A DNA stretch of 64,000 nucleotides from Gemmatales bacterium (lineage in GTDB: Bacteria; Planctomycetota; Planctomycetia; Gemmatales; HRBIN36), in contig JBEPZY010000002.1 of assembly GCA_041640595.1 (NCBI GenBank), positions 500,651 to 564,650 of the forward strand, in the 5' to 3' direction. The notes beneath the pieces were generated by a model. That model made no database searches. It worked only from the letters and a program-made list of their open reading frames with translations, and was not told where the DNA came from. Each line of letters begins with the position of its first letter. Position 1 is the first letter of the stretch. Positions 49,931 through 58,746 of the stretch are shown here, one piece after another. The position numbers and the translations under genes were made by a program.

Positions 49931-50587
49931 ATGAGCAGCATGGCTCTCGTGAAGCAAACCATCAGGCGAACTGTCCGAGCCAACGTCTGGGTAGCGGTTT
50001 TTTTGACCGCGATCCTTGTTCCTAGCCGTGTTGGTGGGCAAACGCCGGCAAGCCAACCGAAAATGTTGCCGTTCCCCGCCCTGGTTACCGAACCGGTCCC
50101 GGCCAGAACGCGACCGATACGCTTGAGCGAACCGACCCCGCGGGTCTGGTTGCCGCTGGCTGGCGAAATCCAGGTGCGCTCTTTTCCGCCGCGGGCAGCA
50201 CCGCTGGTACGTCCGTTGCCTGAACCGCTGGCCCTCGTGTGGAGCCCGCCGGAACCGATGCCGGCCCGCGACGCTATTCCGGTCGGCCCAAAAGCCCGCG
50301 CATCGGTTACGGATGTGAACGTTCCGCCGGTTCCGCCTTTGCTCACCGCCAGCGCGCTACCCGCATCAGGCCCGTCGGCTGCGGATACATTGTTCGCCGA
50401 TTATATCCGCCGCAGTATCGTTTACTGGCCGGAGCAACCGACGGGGCAGGAATTACCGGCGATTCCCGACCCGGAAGCTGAGATGCGGCAGGTGCGCCTG
50501 CGTGAATTTTTGCCGGAAGCTCCCTGGTTACCCCCAGGCCTGCTACAACCGTTGCGCCCGGCTTTGCCAGCACCCCCAGGCCGCTAA
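49931..50587 (+). CDS. Proline-rich secreted hypothetical protein
   Basis: Signal-like hydrophobic stretch, then Pro-rich low complexity; same strand as the cluster. Confidence 0.55.
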   Translation: MSSMALVKQTIRRTVRANVWVAVFLTAILVPSRVGGQTPASQPKMLPFPALVTEPVPARTRPIRLSEPTPRVWLPLAGEIQVRSFPPRAAPLVRPLPEPLALVWSPPEPMPARDAIPVGPKARASVTDVNVPPVPPLLTASALPASGPSAADTLFADYIRRSIVYWPEQPTGQELPAIPDPEAEMRQVRLREFLPEAPWLPPGLLQPLRPALPAPPGR

Positions 50588-50593
50588 GCTCGG

Positions 50594-51664
50594 CTAAACG
50601 AATACGACCCGGGGCTGACCAGCCCGCACCTCTCCGATGATGTACGTCGGCACACGGTCTTCGCGCAGCTGCCGCTGGATGCTCTCCGCGTAATACGGAC
50701 TGACGATCATGACGAAACCGATGCCGCGGTTGAAAACGCGATCCATCTCCTCTTCGGGAATGTTACCGAGGCGTTGCAGCCAGGAGAAAACGGGAGGTTG
50801 CGGCCAGCTATTGCGGCGGAGCACCACTTCGCAATGCGGCGGCAGAATACGCGGAATGTTATCCACAAGCCCTCCACCCGTGATGTGGGCCATCCCGCGA
50901 ATGACCCGCTTGACCTGGTAGTATTGCAGCACGTGCTTGATAGGGCGAACATAAATCCGCGTCGGTTCGAGCAAGGCCTGGCCGACGGTTTGCTGCAATT
51001 CCGGAACGTACTTGTCCACATCCAGACGGGCGTGCTGGAAAACGACCTTGCGGGCCAGGCTGTAACCGTTGCTGTGCAATCCCGTGCTGGCCAGTCCCAG
51101 TACCAGATCGCCAGGGCGGATGCTTCTGCCATTGACAATGCGGTGTCGTTCAACCACACCGACACAGAACCCGGCCAGGTCATATTCGCCCGGCTGGTAA
51201 AAGTCGGGCAGGATGGCTGTTTCTCCGCCCACCAGAGCACACTCCGCTTCCATGCAGCCGTCGCTGATCCCTTGGACGATTTCCCGCGCCAGGATGGGAT
51301 CATCACGCTGCATGGCCAGGTAATCGAGAAAGAAAAGCGGTTCGCCACCGCTGCACAAACAATCATTGACGCACATGGCCACCAGGTCTATGCCGACGGT
51401 GTCGTGTTTGCCCATCATCATGGCCACTTTCAACTTGGTACCGACGCCATCGGTGCAGGCTACCAGTACCGGATGGCGGTAATTTTTGGCGAATAACCGC
51501 GCGTTGTAATCGAGACTGAACAGGCTGGCGAATCCGCCGAAGCCATCCAGCACCCGCGGCGTATGGGTCCGCAGTGCCAGTGGCCGGAGCATTTCCAGCG
51601 TCTGTTCGTAAACATCCAGATCGAGACCAGCGTCGCGATAGGTCAGACCTTTCTCTGCCGACAT
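50594..51664 (-). CDS. purM: Phosphoribosylformylglycinamidine cyclo-ligase
   Basis: TYRDAG, GGFASLF, TDGVGTKL, GIDLVAMCVND, GGETA, GLHSNGYSL, AHITGGG. Confidence 0.97.
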   Translation of the reverse strand: MSAEKGLTYRDAGLDLDVYEQTLEMLRPLALRTHTPRVLDGFGGFASLFSLDYNARLFAKNYRHPVLVACTDGVGTKLKVAMMMGKHDTVGIDLVAMCVNDCLCSGGEPLFFLDYLAMQRDDPILAREIVQGISDGCMEAECALVGGETAILPDFYQPGEYDLAGFCVGVVERHRIVNGRSIRPGDLVLGLASTGLHSNGYSLARKVVFQHARLDVDKYVPELQQTVGQALLEPTRIYVRPIKHVLQYYQVKRVIRGMAHITGGGLVDNIPRILPPHCEVVLRRNSWPQPPVFSWLQRLGNIPEEEMDRVFNRGIGFVMIVSPYYAESIQRQLREDRVPTYIIGEVRAGQPRVVFV

Positions 51665-51859
51665 GATTTCGTCCATCCGACTGGTCGGCCCAATTGGCTG
51701 GGAATTCGGGTCGGGATTGGAGATTAGGGAAAGCAGTTTGCCGTTGGCTCCGAAAATCGTTGGGAGTCGGGAATTCGGAATCGGACAAGGAGTGTGCCGA
51801 TGGGTCGTTTGGCTTACCGGGGCACGTCAGGGGCAGCTGGTTTCTCTGGACGATAGCGG

Positions 51860-52399
51860 TCAATCCGGTCGGGCCGGTAACATGCCGGCGCAATTGAGAC
51901 CGAGACGTTCTTGCACACGCCGTTGCACGAGTGGTATCAGTTCCGCGGGCAAGAATCGGCTCAGATCGCCTCCAAAAGCTGCAATTTGCCGGATCAGCGA
52001 GCTACTCAGGTGCGAGTATTCTACTTTGGACATCAGGAACACCGTCTCGATTTCCGGGTCGAGCGTCTGGTTGGTCAGCGACATGCTGAATTCGTATTCC
52101 ATATCGCTGACGGTGCGCAGTCCGCGGAGCATGACGCCTGCCCCCAAAGACCGCACGAACCGTACTGCCAGGCCGTTGAACGACCGCACTTCAACATTGG
52201 CAAACCGGCGACAAACAATCTGCAACATTTCCATCCGCTCCTCGACGGAGAAAAAGGGGGTTTTTTCCGGATTGATGCCCACGCCGATAATCAGACGGCG
52301 AAAAATCCGGCTCCCCCGTTCGATAATGTCCAGGTGACCGAGATGCACGGGGTCGAAAGTACCGGTATAGACGGCCAGTTGCGGGTCTGCAGCAGGCAT
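51860..52399 (-). CDS. coaD: Pantetheine-phosphate adenylyltransferase
   Basis: YTGTFDPVHLGHLDIIER, RGLRTVSDMEYE, LSSSLIRQIA. Confidence 0.96.
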   Translation of the reverse strand: MPAADPQLAVYTGTFDPVHLGHLDIIERGSRIFRRLIIGVGINPEKTPFFSVEERMEMLQIVCRRFANVEVRSFNGLAVRFVRSLGAGVMLRGLRTVSDMEYEFSMSLTNQTLDPEIETVFLMSKVEYSHLSSSLIRQIAAFGGDLSRFLPAELIPLVQRRVQERLGLNCAGMLPARPD

Positions 52400-52456
52400 G
52401 TGCGACTCCTGGGGCCCCGGAGCGATAGAGCGACACGAAAGCGGGCGTCGCTGGGG

Positions 52457-53596
52457 CTAGCCATCGTGGTGCTCGAGAAACTCGATCAGTCGGGTCAGTT
52501 CCTCTTCATTGTTGTAGCAATGGGGGCTGATGCGAAGCCGACCGGCGCGGTGATTGATAACGATTCCTTGCTGGCGTGCCAGTCGAACGAGCTGACGGGC
52601 CTGTTCCCGGCGTGGGACGACGGAGACGATACCGCTCTTTTCCGCAGGCAAGCGACTGCTGAAAATCTGCCAGCCCGCCTGGGCAAGCCTATCGCACAGC
52701 TCGTCGGTGAGGGCTTCGATGCGGTTCCAGATGCTGGCGATGCCCAGGCTCAGCAATAGCCGCAAACTGGCTCCGAATGCCAGCAGAATTCCTGCACTCA
52801 GGGTGCCGTTCTCCCAGCGCAATGCCGAGGGTTTCAGGCGAAAGTCCAGGGTGGTGAAATCCCAGTGCCGAACCACACTTTTCCAGCCAACGCTGACCGG
52901 ATACAGCAGGTCCAGGCATTCGGGGCGAACGTAGAAAATCCCGGCACCTACCGGGGCGAGCAACCATTTATGGCTCCCGGCCGCGAGAAAATCTATGGGA
53001 ATCTCCCGCACACTGAGCGGAATTGCCCCCAGTCCCTGAATGGCGTCCACAAAGACATGAATGCCCCGACTGTGGCAAAGGGAAACCAGATCGCCGAGCG
53101 GCACGCGGAAACCGGTAGCAAATTCCACAAAGCTGACCGCCAGCAGCCGCGTATGGCTATCCATCGCCTGACGTACATCGTCCAGCAAGACGCGCCCGGC
53201 TCGGCTGGGCACGAAACGCACTTCCACACCGCGAGCCGCCAGGTTTTGCCAGGGGTAAACGTTGGACGGATATTCATCGGCCGGCAGCACCACATTGTCG
53301 CCGGGTTTCCACGGGTAGCCTTCGGCAACGAAACCGATTCCCTCGGAAGTGTTTTTGATAAAAGCAATCCACTCGGGGGAAGTGTCGAGCAATTGCGCAG
53401 CCAGGGCGCGGATGTTTTCGATTTCTTTCTCCCATTCCGGTTCATGGACTTCGCCGTGATGAAGCACGTCGTCGGCCCAGGAGCACAAGGCAGCGTGGGC
53501 GGCCCGACTGATTGGCGAAACGGCAGCGTGATCGAAAAACGCCCAGTGCTGGGTAACCGGAAACTCCTGGCGCAGCTGTTGCCAATCAATGGACAT
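52457..53596 (-). CDS. Class V PLP-dependent aminotransferase-family enzyme
   Basis: FFDHAAVSP, NTSEG, EYPSNVYPW, VDAIQGLG, GSHKWLLAP, RISPHCYN. Confidence 0.88.
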   Translation of the reverse strand: MSIDWQQLRQEFPVTQHWAFFDHAAVSPISRAAHAALCSWADDVLHHGEVHEPEWEKEIENIRALAAQLLDTSPEWIAFIKNTSEGIGFVAEGYPWKPGDNVVLPADEYPSNVYPWQNLAARGVEVRFVPSRAGRVLLDDVRQAMDSHTRLLAVSFVEFATGFRVPLGDLVSLCHSRGIHVFVDAIQGLGAIPLSVREIPIDFLAAGSHKWLLAPVGAGIFYVRPECLDLLYPVSVGWKSVVRHWDFTTLDFRLKPSALRWENGTLSAGILLAFGASLRLLLSLGIASIWNRIEALTDELCDRLAQAGWQIFSSRLPAEKSGIVSVVPRREQARQLVRLARQQGIVINHRAGRLRISPHCYNNEEELTRLIEFLEHHDG

Positions 53597-53662
53597 GGAA
53601 GGGATCCCGGCGTGGCTGGCGAGACCGTCCGGCTATCTTAGTCGCCTGGAGAATCGGCGTGG

Positions 53663-54532
53663 CTAGTGGTCGGCATAGTAGGCTTCGACGGTCAGACCAG
53701 TGCGCTGGCGTACCAGTTCGGCGAGGCGATCTACTTCGGCGTCGCTCAAGGGTAAGGCTTGCGGCTCAGCCGGCGTGCGGGCGACGGTGTACACCTGCAC
53801 CAGACGAATTTGGCCACCCGATTCGACAACTTCGTTCAGGCGGTCGCAGTAGGCATTGATTTCCGCGTCCGAAGGTGCTTCCCCCTGCCAGCGCAAAAAC
53901 AGCGACTGGATAACAATGGGCCGCTGCTGGGCGGTGAGTTTCAAATTCGCCAGCACTCGCTCGAAAGGCACCTGGGTTCGCTCGATGAGATGAAAATAAG
54001 CAGGAGTGCCGGCATCGAGTTTCGCCCAGATTTCCCCCTGGTGGGCATCGAGAAGACGCAGAGCCTGTTGGACGCGCGGGCGGTGTAACAAAGTGGCATT
54101 GGTCAACACCAGGATTTTGATACCGTTGAGACCGTGAGCCTGTTTGAGCTCGCATACCAGCTGCACCGCTTCGAGGAATTCCTTAGCGGCGGTCGGCTCG
54201 CCATCGCCGCTGAAGGCAATGTCATTCCATCGCCGAAACGCTGCCGGTGTCGAGCAAAAACGCGGATGCTGGAAAATGGCACCGCTGGCTGCCAGTTCCA
54301 GCATCACTTCCAGTTCCTGGCGGAGGCGAGGCAAATCCACGCGCCGTACCACGGGGGGTGTTCGCCGATCCACCTGGCAGTAAACGCAATCGAAATTGCA
54401 GGCTTTGTCGGGATTGAGATTGATACCGATACTCAAACCGTGGCTGCGCCGCGAGATTACCGCATAAACGTAGCGGTTGCTTTCAAAATCGCGGCGATGA
54501 TCCTGAAACAATCGTGCCACTGCCACTTTCAT
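53663..54532 (-). CDS. Radical SAM protein (COG0731 / TYW1-like)
   Basis: SRRSHGLSIGINL...CNFDCVYCQ (CxxxCxxC), FSGDGEPT, KLDAG, QVYTVAR. Confidence 0.9.
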   Translation of the reverse strand: MKVAVARLFQDHRRDFESNRYVYAVISRRSHGLSIGINLNPDKACNFDCVYCQVDRRTPPVVRRVDLPRLRQELEVMLELAASGAIFQHPRFCSTPAAFRRWNDIAFSGDGEPTAAKEFLEAVQLVCELKQAHGLNGIKILVLTNATLLHRPRVQQALRLLDAHQGEIWAKLDAGTPAYFHLIERTQVPFERVLANLKLTAQQRPIVIQSLFLRWQGEAPSDAEINAYCDRLNEVVESGGQIRLVQVYTVARTPAEPQALPLSDAEVDRLAELVRQRTGLTVEAYYADH

Positions 54533-54822
54533 GGAGAAGGTTCCAGCACTTCAATACGGGTGCGTTCGTCCACGACGATACTGCTCAGCTCGCCATTGTC
54601 CTTAATGAAGTGTATGGTGCGTGCGGAAACGATGTCATCCGGAGCCCGTTCGGTAGCCAGTCCGGTTACCAGCACCTGGGCTTCACGAAAAATGCCGGTT
54701 ACCGTTGTCGTCCAGCAATCGAGACCGACGCGAACGGTTTGAGTAATGCGAATACGTTGTCCGGGTCGGAGCTGGTGGTAGTCAGAGATGGGGACGGCTT
54801 TTTCGCGGGAGGTCGCGCTCAT
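54529..54822 (-). CDS. Small hypothetical protein
   Basis: LRPGQRIRITQ...W.T.V.G...KDNGELS..VVDE; packed between ilvN and the radical SAM gene (ATGA overlap). Confidence 0.6.
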   Translation of the reverse strand: MSATSREKAVPISDYHQLRPGQRIRITQTVRVGLDCWTTTVTGIFREAQVLVTGLATERAPDDIVSARTIHFIKDNGELSSIVVDERTRIEVLEPSP

Positions 54823-54830
54823 GGTGACGG

Positions 54831-55391
54831 TTACGCTGCTGAGGTGCTTTCGCTGCTGCACGATTCGTCTTCTTCCTGCCAGCTAGCCGCGGTCTTTTCA
54901 CCTCGGACTAAAGCGATGCGACCAGTGCGGGCCAGTTCCAGTATCCCGTAAGGCCGCATCAATTCGATAAACGCTTCCACTTTGGCTTCCGTGCCGCTAA
55001 TTTCGATCATCAGGGCACGATGGCTGATGTCCACGACCCGCCCGCGGAAGGTTTCGACGATCTGGAAGATTTCGTGGCGTCTTTCCGGCGGCGCCTGGAC
55101 TTTGATAAGCATCAAATCACGCTCGACGTAATTTTCCTTGCTGATGTCCAGCACCTTGACGACGGTGACCAGTTTTTCGAGTTGTTTGCGCACCTGCTCG
55201 AGGTTTGCGTCGGTTCCCATGACCACGAAAGTCATCCGCGAAAGGTTCGGGTTTTCGGTTTCGCCGACGGCCAGGCTATCAATGTTGAATCCGCGTGAGG
55301 CCAGCATCCCTGAAATATGGGCCAGCACGCCGGGCTGATTCATCACCAGCGCGGAAAGCACATGACGGCGAATCGGTTTGTCTTCGGCCAT
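54831..55391 (-). CDS. ilvN: Acetolactate synthase small subunit
   Basis: HVLSALVMNQPGVLAHISGMLASRGFNIDSLAVG, EQVRKQLEKL, ELARTG. Confidence 0.95.
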   Translation of the reverse strand: MAEDKPIRRHVLSALVMNQPGVLAHISGMLASRGFNIDSLAVGETENPNLSRMTFVVMGTDANLEQVRKQLEKLVTVVKVLDISKENYVERDLMLIKVQAPPERRHEIFQIVETFRGRVVDISHRALMIEISGTEAKVEAFIELMRPYGILELARTGRIALVRGEKTAASWQEEDESCSSESTSAA

Positions 55392-55688
55392 AGCTGTAGT
55401 TGCCTCGATGGCGGAAAGTTGTCTCGGCTCTTCTCGGCACGACCTCAGTCGCAACATTCAGGGAACTCCCTGGCAAATAATAGAATGCTTACCCGTCGGA
55501 TTCAATGGCGTTCTGGATCCTCGTGAACCGGGATTTCCAGCGAGCGGCCTACCGTGTACAATGGCAACACTTCGATCTGATCATCTGCTATTACCTATTT
55601 CCGGGTCGGCCGGTGGTACCGACCGACGGGCTGGCCAGGGCAAGTCCATCCCTGGCGGCAAGGCTCGAACCAACTGGGAACCCGACCT

Positions 55689-55931
55689 ATGCTCCTGGCT
55701 GCAGGTTTCTGGGCGGGACTATTGAATTTCCTGATCCTGCTGGTGAGCCTGTTTTTGATCCTGCTGGTGCTGATTCAGCGGGGTCGTGGCGGTGGTCTGA
55801 TCGGTGCACTGGGCGGAGCCGGGGGATACAGTCCCTTTGGTTCGCGGGCGGGCGAACCGATTACCCGTTTGACCATCGGCGTGGCTCTGGTCTGGATTGT
55901 GCTCATCATTCTGCAAATCAAGCTGCTTTGA
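55689..55931 (+). CDS. secG: Preprotein translocase subunit SecG
   Basis: LILLVLIQRGRGGGLIGALGG.GG.SPFGSRAG...TRLT; two TM helices. Confidence 0.88.
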   Translation: MLLAAGFWAGLLNFLILLVSLFLILLVLIQRGRGGGLIGALGGAGGYSPFGSRAGEPITRLTIGVALVWIVLIILQIKLL

Positions 55932-56025
55932 GAGCGGCGGTTGGCGAAACCAACGAGCCGTGCCCCAGTTGTGCCGCCGGGTGTAAGGACAGCTTCTTGC
56001 ACGGAGCACAGGAGGGATAGCTGCG

Positions 56026-56910
56026 GTGCTGGTGAGCATGACTGGTTTCGGGGCCGCCCGACACGACCAGGCCGGACTGAGTATCGCCGTCGAAATCCGT
56101 ACCCTGAACCATCGCTACTTCAAGCTGATTTTGCGGACTGCGGAACCGTACCAGCTCCTGGAACCGCAGATCGAACAGACGGTGCGCCAGACCGTCCGTC
56201 GCGGAACGGTGCTGGTGCAACTGGAGGTTTCCCGTCAACCGCGTGCCGAAGATTTTGTGCTCAACCGGATGGCACTGCTCGGCTATTATGAGCAATTGCG
56301 GCAGTGTTACCGCGAACTCAATCGTGCCGATGAACCGGAGCTGGAAGACCTTTTGCAATTGCCGGGCGTGGTGCAGAGTCCGCAAAGTCAGTTAGCTTCG
56401 CCGCATTCCGATTGGCCGATCATCGAGCCGGTGCTGCAACAGGCTCTGGCAGCATTGCAGCAGACCCGTTGCCGTGAAGGCGAGGCACTGATGCAGGAAC
56501 TGCGCCGGCTGGCATCGGCCATCCGCAACCAGGTGCAACGCATCCGCGAAGAATCTTCCGGCCTGGTGGAACGCTATCGGCAACGCCTGCAGGAGCGAGT
56601 GCAGCAACTCCTGGCTGACCAGGGTATTACCGTCCAGCCGGCCGACCTGCTTCGAGAAGTTGCCATCTTTGCCGAGCGTGTGGACATTGGGGAAGAAATC
56701 GTCCGCCTGGAAAGCCATCTCGATCAGTTCCTGCACACTCTGGAAGAGCCAGAAAGCTCCGGTCGCAAGCTCGATTTCCTCTGTCAGGAACTGGTCCGCG
56801 AAGCTAACACTATCGGTGCCAAGGCACAGGATGCCAGCATCGCTCAGGCAGTGGTCGAGATCAAAACGCTGGTCGAAAAGATTCGTGAACTGGTGCAAAA
56901 TATCGAATGA
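56026..56910 (+). CDS. yicC: YicC/YloC family endoribonuclease
   Basis: SMTGFG, EIRTLNHRY, DIGEEIVRLESH, GRKLDFLCQE..REANTIGAK, REL.QNIE. Confidence 0.95.
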   Translation: MLVSMTGFGAARHDQAGLSIAVEIRTLNHRYFKLILRTAEPYQLLEPQIEQTVRQTVRRGTVLVQLEVSRQPRAEDFVLNRMALLGYYEQLRQCYRELNRADEPELEDLLQLPGVVQSPQSQLASPHSDWPIIEPVLQQALAALQQTRCREGEALMQELRRLASAIRNQVQRIREESSGLVERYRQRLQERVQQLLADQGITVQPADLLREVAIFAERVDIGEEIVRLESHLDQFLHTLEEPESSGRKLDFLCQELVREANTIGAKAQDASIAQAVVEIKTLVEKIRELVQNIE

Positions 56911-57494
56911 ATCCCACGGCAAGGCCTGGCCGACTGATTGTCCTTTCCGGGCCAAGCGGTAGCGGTAAATCCACAGTGATTGCCCGTGCCCTGGCAAGTG
57001 GTGATTTGCCGATCCGCCGGTCGGTTTCGGTTACCACACGACCGCCGCGTCCTGGCGAACAGGACGGCGTGGATTACTATTTCTGGACGCCCGAGCAATT
57101 TGACCAGGCATTACGGCAGGGTGAATTTCTCGAATGGGCCGAGATTCACGGTCACCGCTACGGCACACTCAAACGCGAGGTGGAGCGTCACCTCAACGAT
57201 GGTTACAGCGTATTATTAGAGATTGACGTTCAAGGTGCCCGACAGATTCGCCAGCTTTTCCCGGAGGCGGTGATGATATTTCTGCGGGCGCCGGACTTAG
57301 CAGACTATGAGCAACGCTTGCGGCAACGCGGTACGGAAGATGAGGCCAGTCTGCAACGCCGTCTCGCCGCGGCTTGTCAGGAACTGGCGGAGGCCCCGAA
57401 TTACCAGTACCAGCTGGTCAATCGCGACCTCGAGCAAACCGTCGCCGAATTCCGCGAGCTCCTGCGTAGCATCCTCGCTCAACCCGCGAAGTGA
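56907..57494 (+). CDS. gmk: Guanylate kinase
   Basis: LSGPSGSGKST, SVTTRPPRPGEQDGVDYYF, LEIDVQGA, RGTE. Confidence 0.97.
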   Translation: MNPTARPGRLIVLSGPSGSGKSTVIARALASGDLPIRRSVSVTTRPPRPGEQDGVDYYFWTPEQFDQALRQGEFLEWAEIHGHRYGTLKREVERHLNDGYSVLLEIDVQGARQIRQLFPEAVMIFLRAPDLADYEQRLRQRGTEDEASLQRRLAAACQELAEAPNYQYQLVNRDLEQTVAEFRELLRSILAQPAK

Positions 57495-57777
57495 TGCGGA
57501 AAACCTGCCCTATGGCGAGCAGAATGCCGAACCAGCGGAGAATCACTTTTCCCGTGCACTTGACACTGGCTATTAGAATAATTGCTTGCCGACACGTGGA
57601 ACTTGCTGCTTGCCTTCGCGGAAAAAGAAACGGTCTGCCTCTTTGTTTTTCCAATGACAGCAGCCAATAATGGCAATCGGCTGACAGCGGAGTGACTCCA
57701 GCAGCGTAAGAGAATCAGTTAGCAAGCCGGCTCGGACAAAACCTGCGGCCACACAAGGAATCGGAGGAGCGGACACG

Positions 57778-58065
57778 ATGATCGAAGACCTGAAAGAAGA
57801 GGAAATCGTGCGGCGTGTGGGTGGGCGATTTAAACTCGCCACCTTATTGCAAAAACGCATGTTGCAGTTGCTTTTCGGTGGGCGACCCCTGGTCGAGACC
57901 AAAACCAAAAACCTCGCCCAGATCGCCATCGAGGAAATCAAGCAGAACAAAATCTATCTCGACGTGACCGGCCAGGTACGCGAGGTGATCAATCCGCCCC
58001 CGTTTGAAGCCACGATTCGCAAAGCCATCCCCCGCGGCGAACACGTCCAGCCCGGCGAAGACTAA
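57778..58065 (+). CDS. rpoZ: RNA polymerase omega subunit
   Basis: VGGRFKLATLLQKR...AIEEI.QNKI; follows gmk; GGAGG before start. Confidence 0.85.
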   Translation: MIEDLKEEEIVRRVGGRFKLATLLQKRMLQLLFGGRPLVETKTKNLAQIAIEEIKQNKIYLDVTGQVREVINPPPFEATIRKAIPRGEHVQPGED

Positions 58066-58331
58066 TTGTTTCTCAGCGACCCGCGACGACCTACGCTCCT
58101 TGATCCGTCGGGGTGTCCGGCGGTTGGGTACCCGACCAATATCGTTTCAGTGATGGGCGAGATCGAACCATCCTGGATGCGGCCGGGTACCTGCCACGGT
58201 ATCCGTTGCCGGGGCGCTGGCGTTGTTTGTCGCGCGTGCGCCGAACCGGCTGAACGAAGATACCGACCACCACAGGCGACGCTGGTTGCGTTGACGTAGT
58301 GCGTTGCGCGTCTGCCTATCCGCGACTGCTC

Positions 58332-58430
58332 CTCGTACAGGATCGTAATTGGCTATGCGTACTCCCGAAGGTCGTCGTAAACCTGACCGTTGCGGCTAAC
58401 TACTCGTACAGGACCGCAAGTTGCAATGCG
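58332..58430. repeat. 28-bp imperfect direct repeat pair
   Basis: CTCGTACAGGATCGTAATTGGCTATGCG (58332-58359) vs CTCGTACAGGACCGCAAGTTGCAATGCG (58403-58430), 23/28 identical, period 71. Confidence 0.7.
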
Positions 58431-58746
58431 GTTTACGGGCCTACCGCTCTGGTTCGGTCTGGCGGGACAGGTTGCCGAAGGTGGGTCGTTGCACGTTGCT
58501 GTTCCGGTCTTTTTCACGGAAACTTACCCGGCGCAGGTGCACGGTGAGTTGGCTTGCTTGGCGAGTGCGCATACAACACGCCTGACCGGCAGGCCGGTCT
58601 GCTTCAGCAATCGCTTGGCGCGATGCGCCCCGGCATGCTCCGGCTGAGACTGGCGGGCACGGGCTTTCGTGCCGGAATTGGGGCATTCGGTCGTCCTTGC
58701 AGTAATGGGTGCTGCGAGCCTATTTTCTCGAACACAGGAGCCAGGC

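Noticed and set aside
57560..57582. Sigma-70 promoter for rpoZ (TTGACA...TAGAAT)
   Set aside because: Only 8 bp between the boxes, incompatible with 16-18 bp spacing
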